Origin: TPA_inf: Saccharomyces
Taxonomy: Eukaryota
Direction of reading: 5' to 3'
Length of the DNA stretch: 64,000 nt
Assembly: GCA_000146045.2 (NCBI GenBank)
Contig: BK006945.2
Coordinates: 384,001-448,000, forward strand
Shown here: positions 31,801-41,185 of the stretch, piece by piece
Numbering within the stretch: the first letter of the stretch is position 1
Layout of the letters: each line of letters starts with the position of its first letter
Translations under genes and position numbers: made by a program
The notes under the pieces: generated by a model
Told to the model about the DNA's origin: nothing
What the model saw: only the letters and a program-made list of their open reading frames with translations
Databases searched by the model: none

Positions 31801-32658
31801 TCACCAGGTCATTCTCTGCAAAGCCTTTACTTTAACATTTAGATTCTTCTTCTTGGCGGAGCCGCGACCATTGCTTCTCTTTTCGTCTGATTGTTTGCTA
31901 GTCGAAGAGACGTTACAGTAAGTACCAGCTTTCACGTAAACAGCAATGTCGTTGTCGTCGCCATGTTTGAAGCAGCATCTTCTGCCATAAGGACAATAAC
32001 CTAGTTTCTCCCAATTCACACAGGGCTTCGTCCTGAAATTCTTGCACGATTTCTTAACCTTTAATTCGCCGAGTCCGTGAGCAAACTGACACTTACTGCC
32101 ATAAGGGCAACTTCCTTTTAAAGTGAATGATTCGCACAGCTCTGTCTTGTATAATTGTTTGGGAGTTTCCTGCACTTGGCTTTTCACCTTAGGTTGAGCT
32201 GAGGATTCCTTCTCTGATGAAAAAGAAGCATCATTTTTGGGCTTTTGTTGAGACAACTGTTGCAAATTCTGTGAAGTTAATGGTAATTGTGAAGATTTTG
32301 GGACATAGTCCGGATTTATTTGTACCTCTAGTTTCTTTTTAAAAGTAGTAGGTGCCGTGCTATTCAGGTGAGCGGATGGGAGAAAAGGGTTCATTAACTG
32401 TGGATCATACAGTAGCCCCGGTTGAATAGCGTTTGTATTTTTTGGTGGAGAGAATGAAACTGCCGAAGATATTTCACTGCTTGTTTCCTGTATGTTATCC
32501 TCGTTTAAAATCGTCTTGTTGTAATACTCCTCCAGTTCCCTAATATTGATCTGGTACTGGTAGTCATTTAATGGATTTTGCTCTTGATCTGTGGAAAACA
32601 ACGACGTTAAGTCAGTCTTCTGAGATTCTGGTCTAGTATATGATAATTGAGCCCACAT
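31801..32658 (-). CDS. CTH2: Tandem CCCH zinc-finger mRNA-decay factor that responds to iron deficiency.
   Basis: 285 aa with two CX8CX5CX3H fingers (YKTELCESFTLKGSCPYGSKCQFAHG and FRTKPCVNWEKLGYCPYGRRCCFKHG). Confidence 0.9.
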   Translation of the reverse strand: MWAQLSYTRPESQKTDLTSLFSTDQEQNPLNDYQYQINIRELEEYYNKTILNEDNIQETSSEISSAVSFSPPKNTNAIQPGLLYDPQLMNPFLPSAHLNSTAPTTFKKKLEVQINPDYVPKSSQLPLTSQNLQQLSQQKPKNDASFSSEKESSAQPKVKSQVQETPKQLYKTELCESFTLKGSCPYGSKCQFAHGLGELKVKKSCKNFRTKPCVNWEKLGYCPYGRRCCFKHGDDNDIAVYVKAGTYCNVSSTSKQSDEKRSNGRGSAKKKNLNVKVKALQRMTW

Positions 32659-32824
32659 ATTGCGTTATTTTTTACGTATTGAGTTTGCAGCACTGTTTCG
32701 CTTTCTCTCAAGATGCACAAATACGACCTACCAAGAGCCTCCAAGTCCCACCAACGATTATGTCTTCTCTCAAATATATATACAAGTTACATGTAGAGAA
32801 ATCGAGACGAGATTGCTGGCACAA

Positions 32825-32831
32825 TGCACCC
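32825..32831. promoter_or_regulatory. Aft1/Aft2 iron-responsive element TGCACCC, about 170 bp upstream of the CTH2 ATG.
   Basis: An exact TGCACCC core. A second CACCC core (GGGTG on the + strand) lies about 45 bp further upstream, near 32870. Confidence 0.6.
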
Positions 32832-33005
32832 AACTGCATGTGCCATTGTGCATCTACACCTCCAAATTAGGGTGTCGATTGGCGTCGTCTTCTTTAATGT
32901 GGGTGCATTTTGCGGCGGCGCGACAAATATAGAGAACTGACCAAGGCAGTGCTGTCAAGAAGAGAGAATGGTTACGGCAGCGAAGACGCAAATGGGCTAG
33001 GCAGA

Positions 33006-34109
33006 ATGGCATTCAAGTTATGGCTACTGGATGAGGAAACAATATACGAGCACGTGTTCGAACGGTACACACAATTGGAGGGCCAGTCCGGGAAACTGGC
33101 GCAGGATTTGGGTATTCAGGATAGAAGGGGCGGTGTGCTAGAGATAACGTTTGAACCCTCTGGGCTGGAAGGCGGCAGAAAAAAAAAGCGAGTGAGAAGA
33201 AGAAATAAGGCTAGTAGTGTTGAAGAAGATCAGAATGTTGCTGTGGATAGCTATCATGTTAGCGTGGGGCAGTCCATATCAAGCTTGCGCTCGTCCAGAG
33301 ACAACGGAAACTCCACCACAGGATACGTTTTGTGGTCTACCACACCTTTCTTCATCAACTGGCTGCTGTATAGTACTAGCGCTGCACCTTTCCGTCTTGG
33401 GAGTCAGGTGGAAGTAACCTGCGGGTCTTCTTGCGAGGGGCACAAGCTTGAGTTGCCCAGGCTGGTCGACCTCACGGGCGCTGATCGCGGCAAGAGAGGT
33501 ATCTTGGAACTTGGAGCAGGAATATCAGGTATTTTGCCCGTGATTCTTGGTAACTTCGTCGACACCTACGTGTCGACAGATCAGAAGGGCATTCTTAATA
33601 AATTAAAAGATAACATCATGGAAAACTTATCACAGTTGACCAGAAAGCGGTGCATTTCCCGATCACTAAGATTGGAACTTCCCACCGTCGAACCAGTTGG
33701 CGACGCTGATATCACCGCAGCGTCACTTCCATCTAAGTCTACGTTGCATTTGGAAGTAGCCGCTCTAGACTGGGAGAAGATAAACTTGCAAGACAAAAAG
33801 ACCCACTCTCTGCATCCTGAGTTGTCACTCATAGGTGAAACATGTTCTTCCGTGTACGTTATAGCTATGGATGTCATATACAACGAGTACCTGATAGATC
33901 CGTTTCTGAAGACGCTCAAGCAACTCAAACACTGGTTACAAACTACCTACAATTTGCAATTCCATGTCCTCGTGGGGATACACTTGCGGTCACAAGAGGT
34001 GACAACACTGTTCTTGGAGAAAGCCATCATAGAATATGACTTCACGGTTTATGATATCGTTGACCAGGTCATACAAGAGTCCCGTTTTAACTTTTATCTT
34101 ATCACCTAG
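33006..34109 (+). CDS. RKM5: SAM-dependent (seven-beta-strand) protein lysine methyltransferase.
   Basis: 367 aa from the ATG at 33006 (MAFKLWLLDEE). It has a methyltransferase-like ELGAGISGILPVILG motif. The track ORF extends upstream through a non-ATG start. Confidence 0.7.
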   Translation: MAFKLWLLDEETIYEHVFERYTQLEGQSGKLAQDLGIQDRRGGVLEITFEPSGLEGGRKKKRVRRRNKASSVEEDQNVAVDSYHVSVGQSISSLRSSRDNGNSTTGYVLWSTTPFFINWLLYSTSAAPFRLGSQVEVTCGSSCEGHKLELPRLVDLTGADRGKRGILELGAGISGILPVILGNFVDTYVSTDQKGILNKLKDNIMENLSQLTRKRCISRSLRLELPTVEPVGDADITAASLPSKSTLHLEVAALDWEKINLQDKKTHSLHPELSLIGETCSSVYVIAMDVIYNEYLIDPFLKTLKQLKHWLQTTYNLQFHVLVGIHLRSQEVTTLFLEKAIIEYDFTVYDIVDQVIQESRFNFYLIT

Positions 34110-34436
34110 TCCCATATATAATAATAGAAACAATATAATGCTGATAATCTTATTTTTCTTTGCGATGCGGCAGTGCCTCTTCCCCTCCGTACGGATTGGG
34201 AAGATTTTCATTTTTGATTAGCAAGGGCACTAAGCCAACTCTGTGTGATATAGCTAATAATCTAAAAGCTGCTGGATCCGTTATCGTCAAGATAAAGCGG
34301 ACTTAGCGATTTACATAGGATCACACTTTCTACACACATTTGATTTTTAAGCTTCATTTTCCACTGCACTTATTTTTCCCAAGCATCGTGTTTTTTTGTA
34401 CATTATAAAAAAAAATCCTGAACTTAGCTAGATATT

Positions 34437-37394
34437 ATGGCTATCTGGGAGCAACTAGAAGTCTCAAAGGCGCACGTTGCTTATGCATGTGTTGGTGTCT
34501 TTTCATCTATCTTCTCTTTAGTGTCACTTTATGTCAAGGAGAAGCTTTATATTGGTGAGTCCACCGTAGCAGGTATATTTGGGCTAATTGTGGGTCCTGT
34601 TTGCTTGAACTGGTTTAATCCTCTGAAATGGGGGAATTCAGACAGTATAACATTAGAGATAACGAGAATAGTATTATGTTTGCAAATTTTTGCCGTTGCC
34701 GTGGAACTGCCACGGAAATATATGTTGAAGCATTGGGTATCTGTGACGATGCTATTATTGCCAGTGATGACAGCTGGATGGCTTATTATTGGTCTCTTCG
34801 TTTGGATTCTTATACCTGGCTTGAATTTTTCTGCTAGTTTGTTGATATCTGCGTGCATTACCGCAACAGATCCTATTCTGGCGCAGTCGGTCGTCTCCGG
34901 TAAGTTTGCCCAAAGAGTACCTGGTCACTTAAGAAATCTACTGTCTGCAGAGTCAGGCTGCAATGATGGTATGGCCTTTCCTTTTTTATTTCTTTCTATG
35001 AATTTAATCCTACATCCCGGTAATGGAAGAGAAATTGTCAAAGATTGGATTTGCGTTACTATCCTGTATGAGTGTTTGTTTGGATGCTTGCTAGGTTGCT
35101 TCATTGGTTATGTAGGCAGAATCACCATCAGGTTTGCCGAAAAGAAAAACATTATCGATCGTGAGTCGTTCTTAGCATTTTACGTTGTCCTGGCGTTCAT
35201 GTGTGCTGGGTTCGGCTCCATTTTGGGTGTGGATGACCTATTGGTATCATTTGCAGCCGGTGCGACTTTCGCTTGGGATGGGTGGTTTTCTCAAAAGACA
35301 CAAGAAAGTAATGTTTCTACCGTGATTGATTTGCTACTAAACTATGCGTATTTTATCTATTTTGGTGCCATTATACCTTGGAGTCAATTCAACAACGGTG
35401 AAATTGGCACAAACGTCTGGCGTTTAATTATACTTTCGATAGTGGTCATCTTTTTACGTAGGATCCCTGCAGTCATGATATTAAGACCTCTTATACCTGA
35501 TATAAAATCGTGGCGTGAGGCACTTTTTGTGGGCCATTTTGGTCCTATTGGTGTAGGTGCAATTTTTGCCGCTATACTAGCTCGTGGAGAATTAGAGTCT
35601 ACCTTTAGTGACGAACCCACTCCTTTAAATGTTGTACCATCAAAAGAGGAAAGTAAACATTGGCAGCTGATAGCCTGTATATGGCCAATAACTTGTTTTT
35701 TCATTGTTACTTCTATCATAGTTCATGGTTCTTCAGTTGCAATCATAACTCTAGGTCGTCATTTGAACACGATAACGTTAACCAAAACATTCACTACACA
35801 CACCACCAATGGTGATAATGGGAAAAGTTCATGGATGCAAAGGTTGCCATCGTTGGATAAAGCTGGACGATCATTTTCATTGCATCGTATGGATACTCAA
35901 ATGACTTTATCAGGGGATGAAGGTGAAGCAGAAGAAGGAGGAGGTCGTAAGGGACTAGCAGGAGGTGAAGATGAAGAAGGATTAAACAATGATCAAATTG
36001 GTAGCGTCGCAACGAGCGGAATTCCTGCAAGACCCGCTGGTGGTATGCCAAGGAGGAGGAAATTGTCAAGAAAAGAGAAAAGATTGAACAGAAGACAGAA
36101 ACTGAGAAACAAAGGTAGAGAAATATTTTCATCAAGATCTAAAAATGAAATGTATGATGACGATGAGTTGAATGATCTGGGACGAGAAAGGTTGCAAAAA
36201 GAAAAGGAAGCACGCGCCGCCACATTTGCATTGAGCACAGCCGTCAATACACAACGTAATGAGGAGATTGGAATGGGTGGAGATGAAGAAGAAGATGAGT
36301 ACACACCGGAAAAGGAATATAGCGATAATTACAATAACACACCAAGTTTTGAGTCGTCTGAAAGATCTTCATCTCTCCGAGGAAGAACTTACGTACCAAG
36401 AAACCGTTACGATGGAGAAGAGACAGAAAGCGAGATTGAAAGCGAAGACGAGATGGAAAATGAAAGTGAAAGATCAATGGCCAGTAGTGAAGAGAGGAGA
36501 ATTCGAAAAATGAAAGAGGAAGAAATGAAACCTGGTACTGCTTATTTAGATGGTAATAGAATGATTATTGAAAATAAGCAAGGTGAAATCTTGAATCAAG
36601 TAGATATCGAGGATCGCAATGAGGCGAGAGATGACGAAGTTAGTGTTGATAGTACAGCCCATTCAAGTTTAACTACCACAATGACCAATCTATCCAGTAG
36701 TAGTGGGGGAAGGTTAAAGAGAATTTTAACTCCCACATCTTTAGGAAAGATACATTCATTGGTTGATAAAGGAAAGGATAAAAATAAAAACAGCAAGTAT
36801 CATGCATTTAAAATAGACAATCTGTTAATCATCGAGAATGAGGACGGTGATGTTATAAAAAGATACAAGATAAATCCTCATAAATCTGATGATGATAAAA
36901 GTAAAAACCGCCCAAGAAACGATAGTGTTGTATCAAGAGCTTTAACAGCAGTAGGACTAAAGAGCAAAGCGAACAGCGGCGTACCGCCTCCAGTAGATGA
37001 AGAAAAAGCCATCGAAGGACCCTCCAGGAAGGGCCCAGGGATGTTAAAGAAAAGGACATTAACACCTGCGCCACCGAGAGGAGTTCAAGATTCCTTAGAT
37101 CTGGAAGATGAACCTTCATCTGAGGAGGATTTAGGTGATAGTTATAACATGGACGATAGTGAAGATTACGACGATAATGCATATGAATCAGAAACTGAAT
37201 TCGAAAGACAAAGAAGGTTAAATGCGTTAGGTGAGATGACGGCACCAGCGGATCAAGATGACGAAGAGTTGCCGCCCTTACCTGTGGAGGCACAAACAGG
37301 AAACGATGGTCCAGGTACAGCGGAAGGAAAAAAAAAGCAAAAGAGTGCTGCTGTTAAGTCGGCGCTATCAAAAACGCTTGGTCTCAATAAGTAA
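34437..37394 (+). CDS. NHA1: Plasma-membrane Na+,K+/H+ antiporter with a long hydrophilic C-terminal tail.
   Basis: 985 aa. The N-terminal ~430 aa form a Na+/H+ exchanger TM domain. They are followed by a ~550-aa acidic, Ser/Arg/Lys-rich tail. Confidence 0.9.
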   Translation: MAIWEQLEVSKAHVAYACVGVFSSIFSLVSLYVKEKLYIGESTVAGIFGLIVGPVCLNWFNPLKWGNSDSITLEITRIVLCLQIFAVAVELPRKYMLKHWVSVTMLLLPVMTAGWLIIGLFVWILIPGLNFSASLLISACITATDPILAQSVVSGKFAQRVPGHLRNLLSAESGCNDGMAFPFLFLSMNLILHPGNGREIVKDWICVTILYECLFGCLLGCFIGYVGRITIRFAEKKNIIDRESFLAFYVVLAFMCAGFGSILGVDDLLVSFAAGATFAWDGWFSQKTQESNVSTVIDLLLNYAYFIYFGAIIPWSQFNNGEIGTNVWRLIILSIVVIFLRRIPAVMILRPLIPDIKSWREALFVGHFGPIGVGAIFAAILARGELESTFSDEPTPLNVVPSKEESKHWQLIACIWPITCFFIVTSIIVHGSSVAIITLGRHLNTITLTKTFTTHTTNGDNGKSSWMQRLPSLDKAGRSFSLHRMDTQMTLSGDEGEAEEGGGRKGLAGGEDEEGLNNDQIGSVATSGIPARPAGGMPRRRKLSRKEKRLNRRQKLRNKGREIFSSRSKNEMYDDDELNDLGRERLQKEKEARAATFALSTAVNTQRNEEIGMGGDEEEDEYTPEKEYSDNYNNTPSFESSERSSSLRGRTYVPRNRYDGEETESEIESEDEMENESERSMASSEERRIRKMKEEEMKPGTAYLDGNRMIIENKQGEILNQVDIEDRNEARDDEVSVDSTAHSSLTTTMTNLSSSSGGRLKRILTPTSLGKIHSLVDKGKDKNKNSKYHAFKIDNLLIIENEDGDVIKRYKINPHKSDDDKSKNRPRNDSVVSRALTAVGLKSKANSGVPPPVDEEKAIEGPSRKGPGMLKKRTLTPAPPRGVQDSLDLEDEPSSEEDLGDSYNMDDSEDYDDNAYESETEFERQRRLNALGEMTAPADQDDEELPPLPVEAQTGNDGPGTAEGKKKQKSAAVKSALSKTLGLNK

Positions 37395-37488
37395 TTTATT
37401 AATACACAAAGATATATTATTTTAGTATATATATAAACGAAATGCCTTTTTTATTTACATGTGTCGGAAATAGAGTAGATGCGGTAAA

Positions 37489-37507
37489 GAGGGGGAGGGG
37501 GGGGGGG
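37489..37507 (+). repeat. G-rich homopolymer tract, GAGGGGGAGGGGGGGGGGG (runs of 5 and 11 G).
   Basis: It lies in the convergent 3' region between NHA1 (ends 37394) and SLS1 (ends 37542). Confidence 0.9.
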
Positions 37508-37541
37508 TATGCGGTTTTGTCATTACTCTTTTCCGTTAAAC

Positions 37542-39473
37542 TTAAAAGCTTAAAACATCATTGATAAAGGTTTTTAGTGAGGTTTCACTGGGGTTCACAT
37601 TGATGAAATCTAATTGTCTGTAGGAGCCATTGTTCAAAAATCCGCGGCTGATATCTGAATATTGAATGATGTATTTATCATCTTGGGCAGTGTTCGTAGG
37701 AAATCGTAAATTCAAGACACGATGGGTCAAAACATCAGTCAATTGGTATTGCTGTATTAGGTTATCTGGTAAAGAAATGTTGATTTTTTTCATAAGATTC
37801 TGATATTTGTTTAACTTCCAGTGTGACTTGAGAAGAAATTCTTGGAGGCCTTTTTGTTCAGATAACCAAGCATCCGGATTGGTCTGGTCGAAATCAGGTA
37901 AAAGATCTTGAATGTAATCTGACGTGATCTTATAGTCTGTCTGGCATTGTGGAGTTCTTAAGATAACAGAATTTTCTTGTAATTTCAAAAGAGGCCTCAT
38001 TGAGGTGGTAACAATGTTATCGAATTCGTCAATCTCGAACCAAATCTGCAAAAAAGGGGACGAGGAGGAGCCAGAGGTGGGCGGCACAGGAGTGAAGTTC
38101 AGCTGTATGAAGGATTGATGCGCATTTGTTATTAGATGTTGATCAAGAGGCACAGGCACAGGTACGGCTGATGATGATGATTCTTTGTACATTGGTAGAT
38201 TCAGTAATTTTGAAATAAAACTCTTATGTATTAGAGGTTGGAAAATACTAGAAAAAGACGCGGACTGTAAGGAGTGACCTAGCGTTATTGATAAAGATTG
38301 GGAAATAGAGTCGGAAGGGGAGAGAGATGGTATATTTTTAGACAAGGAAGATTCGAATTGGCTGACCTGCGCATCTGTCAATTCTGGTGTGGCGTTTTCA
38401 GTGGGAGTCATCAGATCTGTGCAATTTTTAGGGACAACTGACTGTAATCTTGCCCAATCTTGTGACTTGTTTAGCCAGTCCAAGTTCTCTAGAGTATTGT
38501 TGAACGGATAGAGTTCTGTCTTGAGTGCTGGTGAGGCTATTGTGTGGTGGTGTTGAGTTGTGTTAGGATTAGAAGCGACGGCATTTAATAAAAAGACTTT
38601 GGCCATGGATATTTTCTTGGTGCTTAGGGCTGAAATCTTGTACATTTGCAAGTCCGGGAGGTATTCAAAAAAAGTGTGAGTTTCCTTCTGAATAAGGTTG
38701 ATGACGTCTTTTGATGGCATGAGGGAATACATACGCACATTTTCATGAGTGATGTTTGACCATATTTTGTTTAAGGATATTTCTGCGTATTTGAGCAAGC
38801 TAGGCGAACCCTTGACGGTCAATTCGTTATCCTGAATGGAGATGATGAATGTCAGCCCGAGCTTATTGAAGTTGGTGAGTATTTTACCATTTTGAGTGAT
38901 GAGTAAAAGGAAAATTTCTCTAGGAGAATCGAACTGGAAAGTCAATGATGTGGACTTGATGCCTGTGGGAGTGGTGGGTGTTGAAATTGGTTGGCAATTC
39001 CAGATTTTTTCAATTATATATTGGGACAGCTTGCTTTTCTTCCAGTGCGTCAGATGTGAAGAGGAGTCTGGCTGATGTGTGGAGATGAACTCGCGCAGTT
39101 GGTAGCGATTGTAGCTTGATGTAAGCGATTGGAGAAGGGCATTGTATTCCAGGGAGGGCAGACTGGCGCTTGTCGGTTTCTTCAATCGGATGGAGTTCAA
39201 TGCGGAATCTAGTGAATTCTGCTTTTCGAAGACAAGGAGTTTCGAGCCGAAATCGAGGTTGTTATCTCCAGTTTCCTTATGGCTACGTTTCTTAGACGGC
39301 CTGTGTCTAGGCTGCTTCTGATCATTTTTCACTAGCCCAGATTGGGTAGGGTTCAAGACGACGAATTTCAGATTTTGCGGCAGTTTCTTCTTCCCATGAA
39401 GGGGCGAGCTTGGGCCTGAGCTTGAATAAAGACGGTAAGTAAGACGGGCGAGCTTTTTGTTGAATTTCCACAT
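37542..39473 (-). CDS. SLS1: Mitochondrial inner-membrane protein that couples mitochondrial transcription and translation.
   Basis: 643 aa. Length, position and Ser-rich composition match YLR139C. No sharp catalytic motif is visible. Confidence 0.7.
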   Translation of the reverse strand: MWKFNKKLARLTYRLYSSSGPSSPLHGKKKLPQNLKFVVLNPTQSGLVKNDQKQPRHRPSKKRSHKETGDNNLDFGSKLLVFEKQNSLDSALNSIRLKKPTSASLPSLEYNALLQSLTSSYNRYQLREFISTHQPDSSSHLTHWKKSKLSQYIIEKIWNCQPISTPTTPTGIKSTSLTFQFDSPREIFLLLITQNGKILTNFNKLGLTFIISIQDNELTVKGSPSLLKYAEISLNKIWSNITHENVRMYSLMPSKDVINLIQKETHTFFEYLPDLQMYKISALSTKKISMAKVFLLNAVASNPNTTQHHHTIASPALKTELYPFNNTLENLDWLNKSQDWARLQSVVPKNCTDLMTPTENATPELTDAQVSQFESSLSKNIPSLSPSDSISQSLSITLGHSLQSASFSSIFQPLIHKSFISKLLNLPMYKESSSSAVPVPVPLDQHLITNAHQSFIQLNFTPVPPTSGSSSSPFLQIWFEIDEFDNIVTTSMRPLLKLQENSVILRTPQCQTDYKITSDYIQDLLPDFDQTNPDAWLSEQKGLQEFLLKSHWKLNKYQNLMKKINISLPDNLIQQYQLTDVLTHRVLNLRFPTNTAQDDKYIIQYSDISRGFLNNGSYRQLDFINVNPSETSLKTFINDVLSF

Positions 39474-39800
39474 ATGCTTACTCTATATTTTCTCCAGTGC
39501 CTTCAAGCTCCGTATATATTATGTACTAGTTTTATTACATTAAAGATACATAACTTTTTTTTTTTTTTTCAGTTCACTGAAATAAGAAAAGGCGGGCGAG
39601 GTGAAAAACAAAAAAAAAAGTATAGAGAAACAGAAGTGGAAGAAGAGCTAGGAAAGCACAGCGCATACGACGGTCACCTAGGATGGAGCACCAACAATTG
39701 CGGAAGTACGTCGAATTGTACAATAAGGAGGTCGAGGAATTCTACAATGGTGCCGCGTCAGGCCGCCCAGCTGAGTTCCATCCTTCCAAAGTACATGTAA
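39474..39800 (+). other. Dubious ORF (YLR140W-like, 108 aa) spanning the SLS1/RRN5 promoter and the 5' end of RRN5.
   Basis: It begins in the promoter poly-T region and overlaps the RRN5 start in another frame. Confidence 0.15.
39545..39559 (+). repeat. Poly(dT) tract of 15 T in the SLS1/RRN5 divergent promoter.
   Basis: A T15 run about 72 bp from the SLS1 ATG. It is typical of a nucleosome-excluding promoter element. Confidence 0.85.
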
Positions 39801-40774
39801 AGAGCATCCATGAAAAGGCGGGTACCGCCAATGCTGGTGTAGAAATCTCTAGCGTTGGTGTAGACTGGGACAGCGAGGAGAAGAATACCTTTTTCTGGTG
39901 CCTTTCACGCTATAGTATCCACCGTGTAGACGAGTGGCGCTCATTGTTGCCTCGGAAGAGCGCCATGGAGATTCTAGGTTATTACAGGTTGTTAAGGAGA
40001 GCGAGTGCGAGCGCGAGATCGCGTAAGGCGGGTGACGACGGAGCGCCCATTGCGTACGAAATGAGCGCTGAGTGGGTTGCCCTGGAGACAAAACTGAGCG
40101 AGACAGTGATGGCCATCACGGAAGGCGCAGCCGAGGTTGCCGATGAGGAAGGACACTGCGAGGGCCTTATCGATTATGAAAGCTGGAAACGCAGGTGGGT
40201 GGCCATCTACTCGCACAGCCGTATCGCGGAGATAAGACCCTTGCCCCGCCACGCGCTGCCGCTATCGCGCAGCGCGACGCAGACTTTGGAGCGCTGCGTA
40301 AGTCGCTACACACGTACATTGCTGTGGTGCACGGCCCTTGCGGGTATGGCTTCCCGCAGCGTCAGCGCCAGGGCGGCCGAATCTCGAGGACACAAGTCGC
40401 TACCGACGGTGGTAACTCGCCGGCAAGTTGAGCGTGCACTATGCACAGAAGCCCGATCACGTGACCTACACGTGCTTCCAAGGCGCATTGTTTTGACACT
40501 GCGCAAATGGGAACTAGACTATCCGCGAGAGGGCAAACTGTTCCGCACCAAGGAGATGGCACATCTGTTTCTACAAAGCCAGTTGTCCAGACGGGATGCG
40601 CCCCCAGTCCATCAAGACGAAAATCAAGAAAATCAAGAAAATCAAGAAAATCAAGAACAAGATAACACTGCAAGTGAAGGTGAAAGCGAGGCAGAAAGGG
40701 ATGAAATCGACGAAGCGGACTTGTTCCGATCAGCATTACATGAAAATCAGTTGCTAAAATGGTTATCCAAATGA
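39683..40774 (+). CDS. RRN5: RNA polymerase I upstream activation factor subunit (SANT/Myb-like).
   Basis: 363 aa with an ATG at 39683. The central part is unusually GC-rich, and the C-terminus carries a QEN repeat. Confidence 0.8.
   Translation: MEHQQLRKYVELYNKEVEEFYNGAASGRPAEFHPSKVHVKSIHEKAGTANAGVEISSVGVDWDSEEKNTFFWCLSRYSIHRVDEWRSLLPRKSAMEILGYYRLLRRASASARSRKAGDDGAPIAYEMSAEWVALETKLSETVMAITEGAAEVADEEGHCEGLIDYESWKRRWVAIYSHSRIAEIRPLPRHALPLSRSATQTLERCVSRYTRTLLWCTALAGMASRSVSARAAESRGHKSLPTVVTRRQVERALCTEARSRDLHVLPRRIVLTLRKWELDYPREGKLFRTKEMAHLFLQSQLSRRDAPPVHQDENQENQENQENQEQDNTASEGESEAERDEIDEADLFRSALHENQLLKWLSK
40622..40657 (+). repeat. Perfect tandem 9-mer (AATCAAGAA) x4 inside the RRN5 CDS, encoding (QEN)n.
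   Basis: Four exact units, preceded by a degenerate fifth unit (ATCAAGACGAA). Confidence 0.9.
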
Positions 40775-40877
40775 GACACAATGCGAAAAATCGCGCAGGG
40801 ACATAATTTTTGTTTTCATTATTCTTTCGCTTATTCCCTCCGTTAGCTCCACCGCTTTTTTGATTGGAATTTCCTTT

Positions 40878-40893
40878 CGGCAATGGCTTTCCG
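40878..40893. promoter_or_regulatory. Put3 UAS, CGG-N10-CCG (CGGCAATGGCTTTCCG), about 300 bp upstream of PUT1.
   Basis: A Zn2Cys6 everted CGG/CCG repeat with a 10-bp spacer. Confidence 0.6.
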
Positions 40894-40905
40894 GTTACCA
40901 CGCCT

Positions 40906-40921
40906 CGGGTTTCGCATCCCG
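40906..40921. promoter_or_regulatory. Second Put3-type site, CGG-N10-CCG (CGGGTTTCGCATCCCG), about 270 bp upstream of PUT1.
   Basis: The same spacing rule, 13 bp downstream of the first site. Confidence 0.55.
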
Positions 40922-41185
40922 AAAAGCATATCTACACAAGAAAAATGAATGATAAACAATTGATGAGTGGCGCTATTTCCCTTATCATCTCATTATTGTA
41001 CTTAGTATCGTCTATTATCAGGAGAAATCGCATGAACTAAGCCCATTTTCTCACCCTTCTGCCTTCTTATATAAAGCTTGCTGGGAACCGAACACAAACT
41101 CCACAAGTCCGTAGCAGCTCTTCTCTTTTGTCTTTTATATATCATAAACATCGCTACATAGTAATAACACTAACGCACGCTAGAA

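Noticed and set aside
35794-36477. Three minus-strand ORFs (77 to 113 aa) inside the NHA1 C-terminal tail region.
   Set aside because: They are antisense to a low-complexity acidic coding tract, overlap each other and have no motifs.
40362-40901. A 179-aa minus-strand ORF overlapping the RRN5 3' end and the PUT1 upstream region.
   Set aside because: It is a by-product of the GC-rich segment of RRN5 (few stops in any frame). It runs through the Put3 sites, has no domain and has a low-complexity composition.
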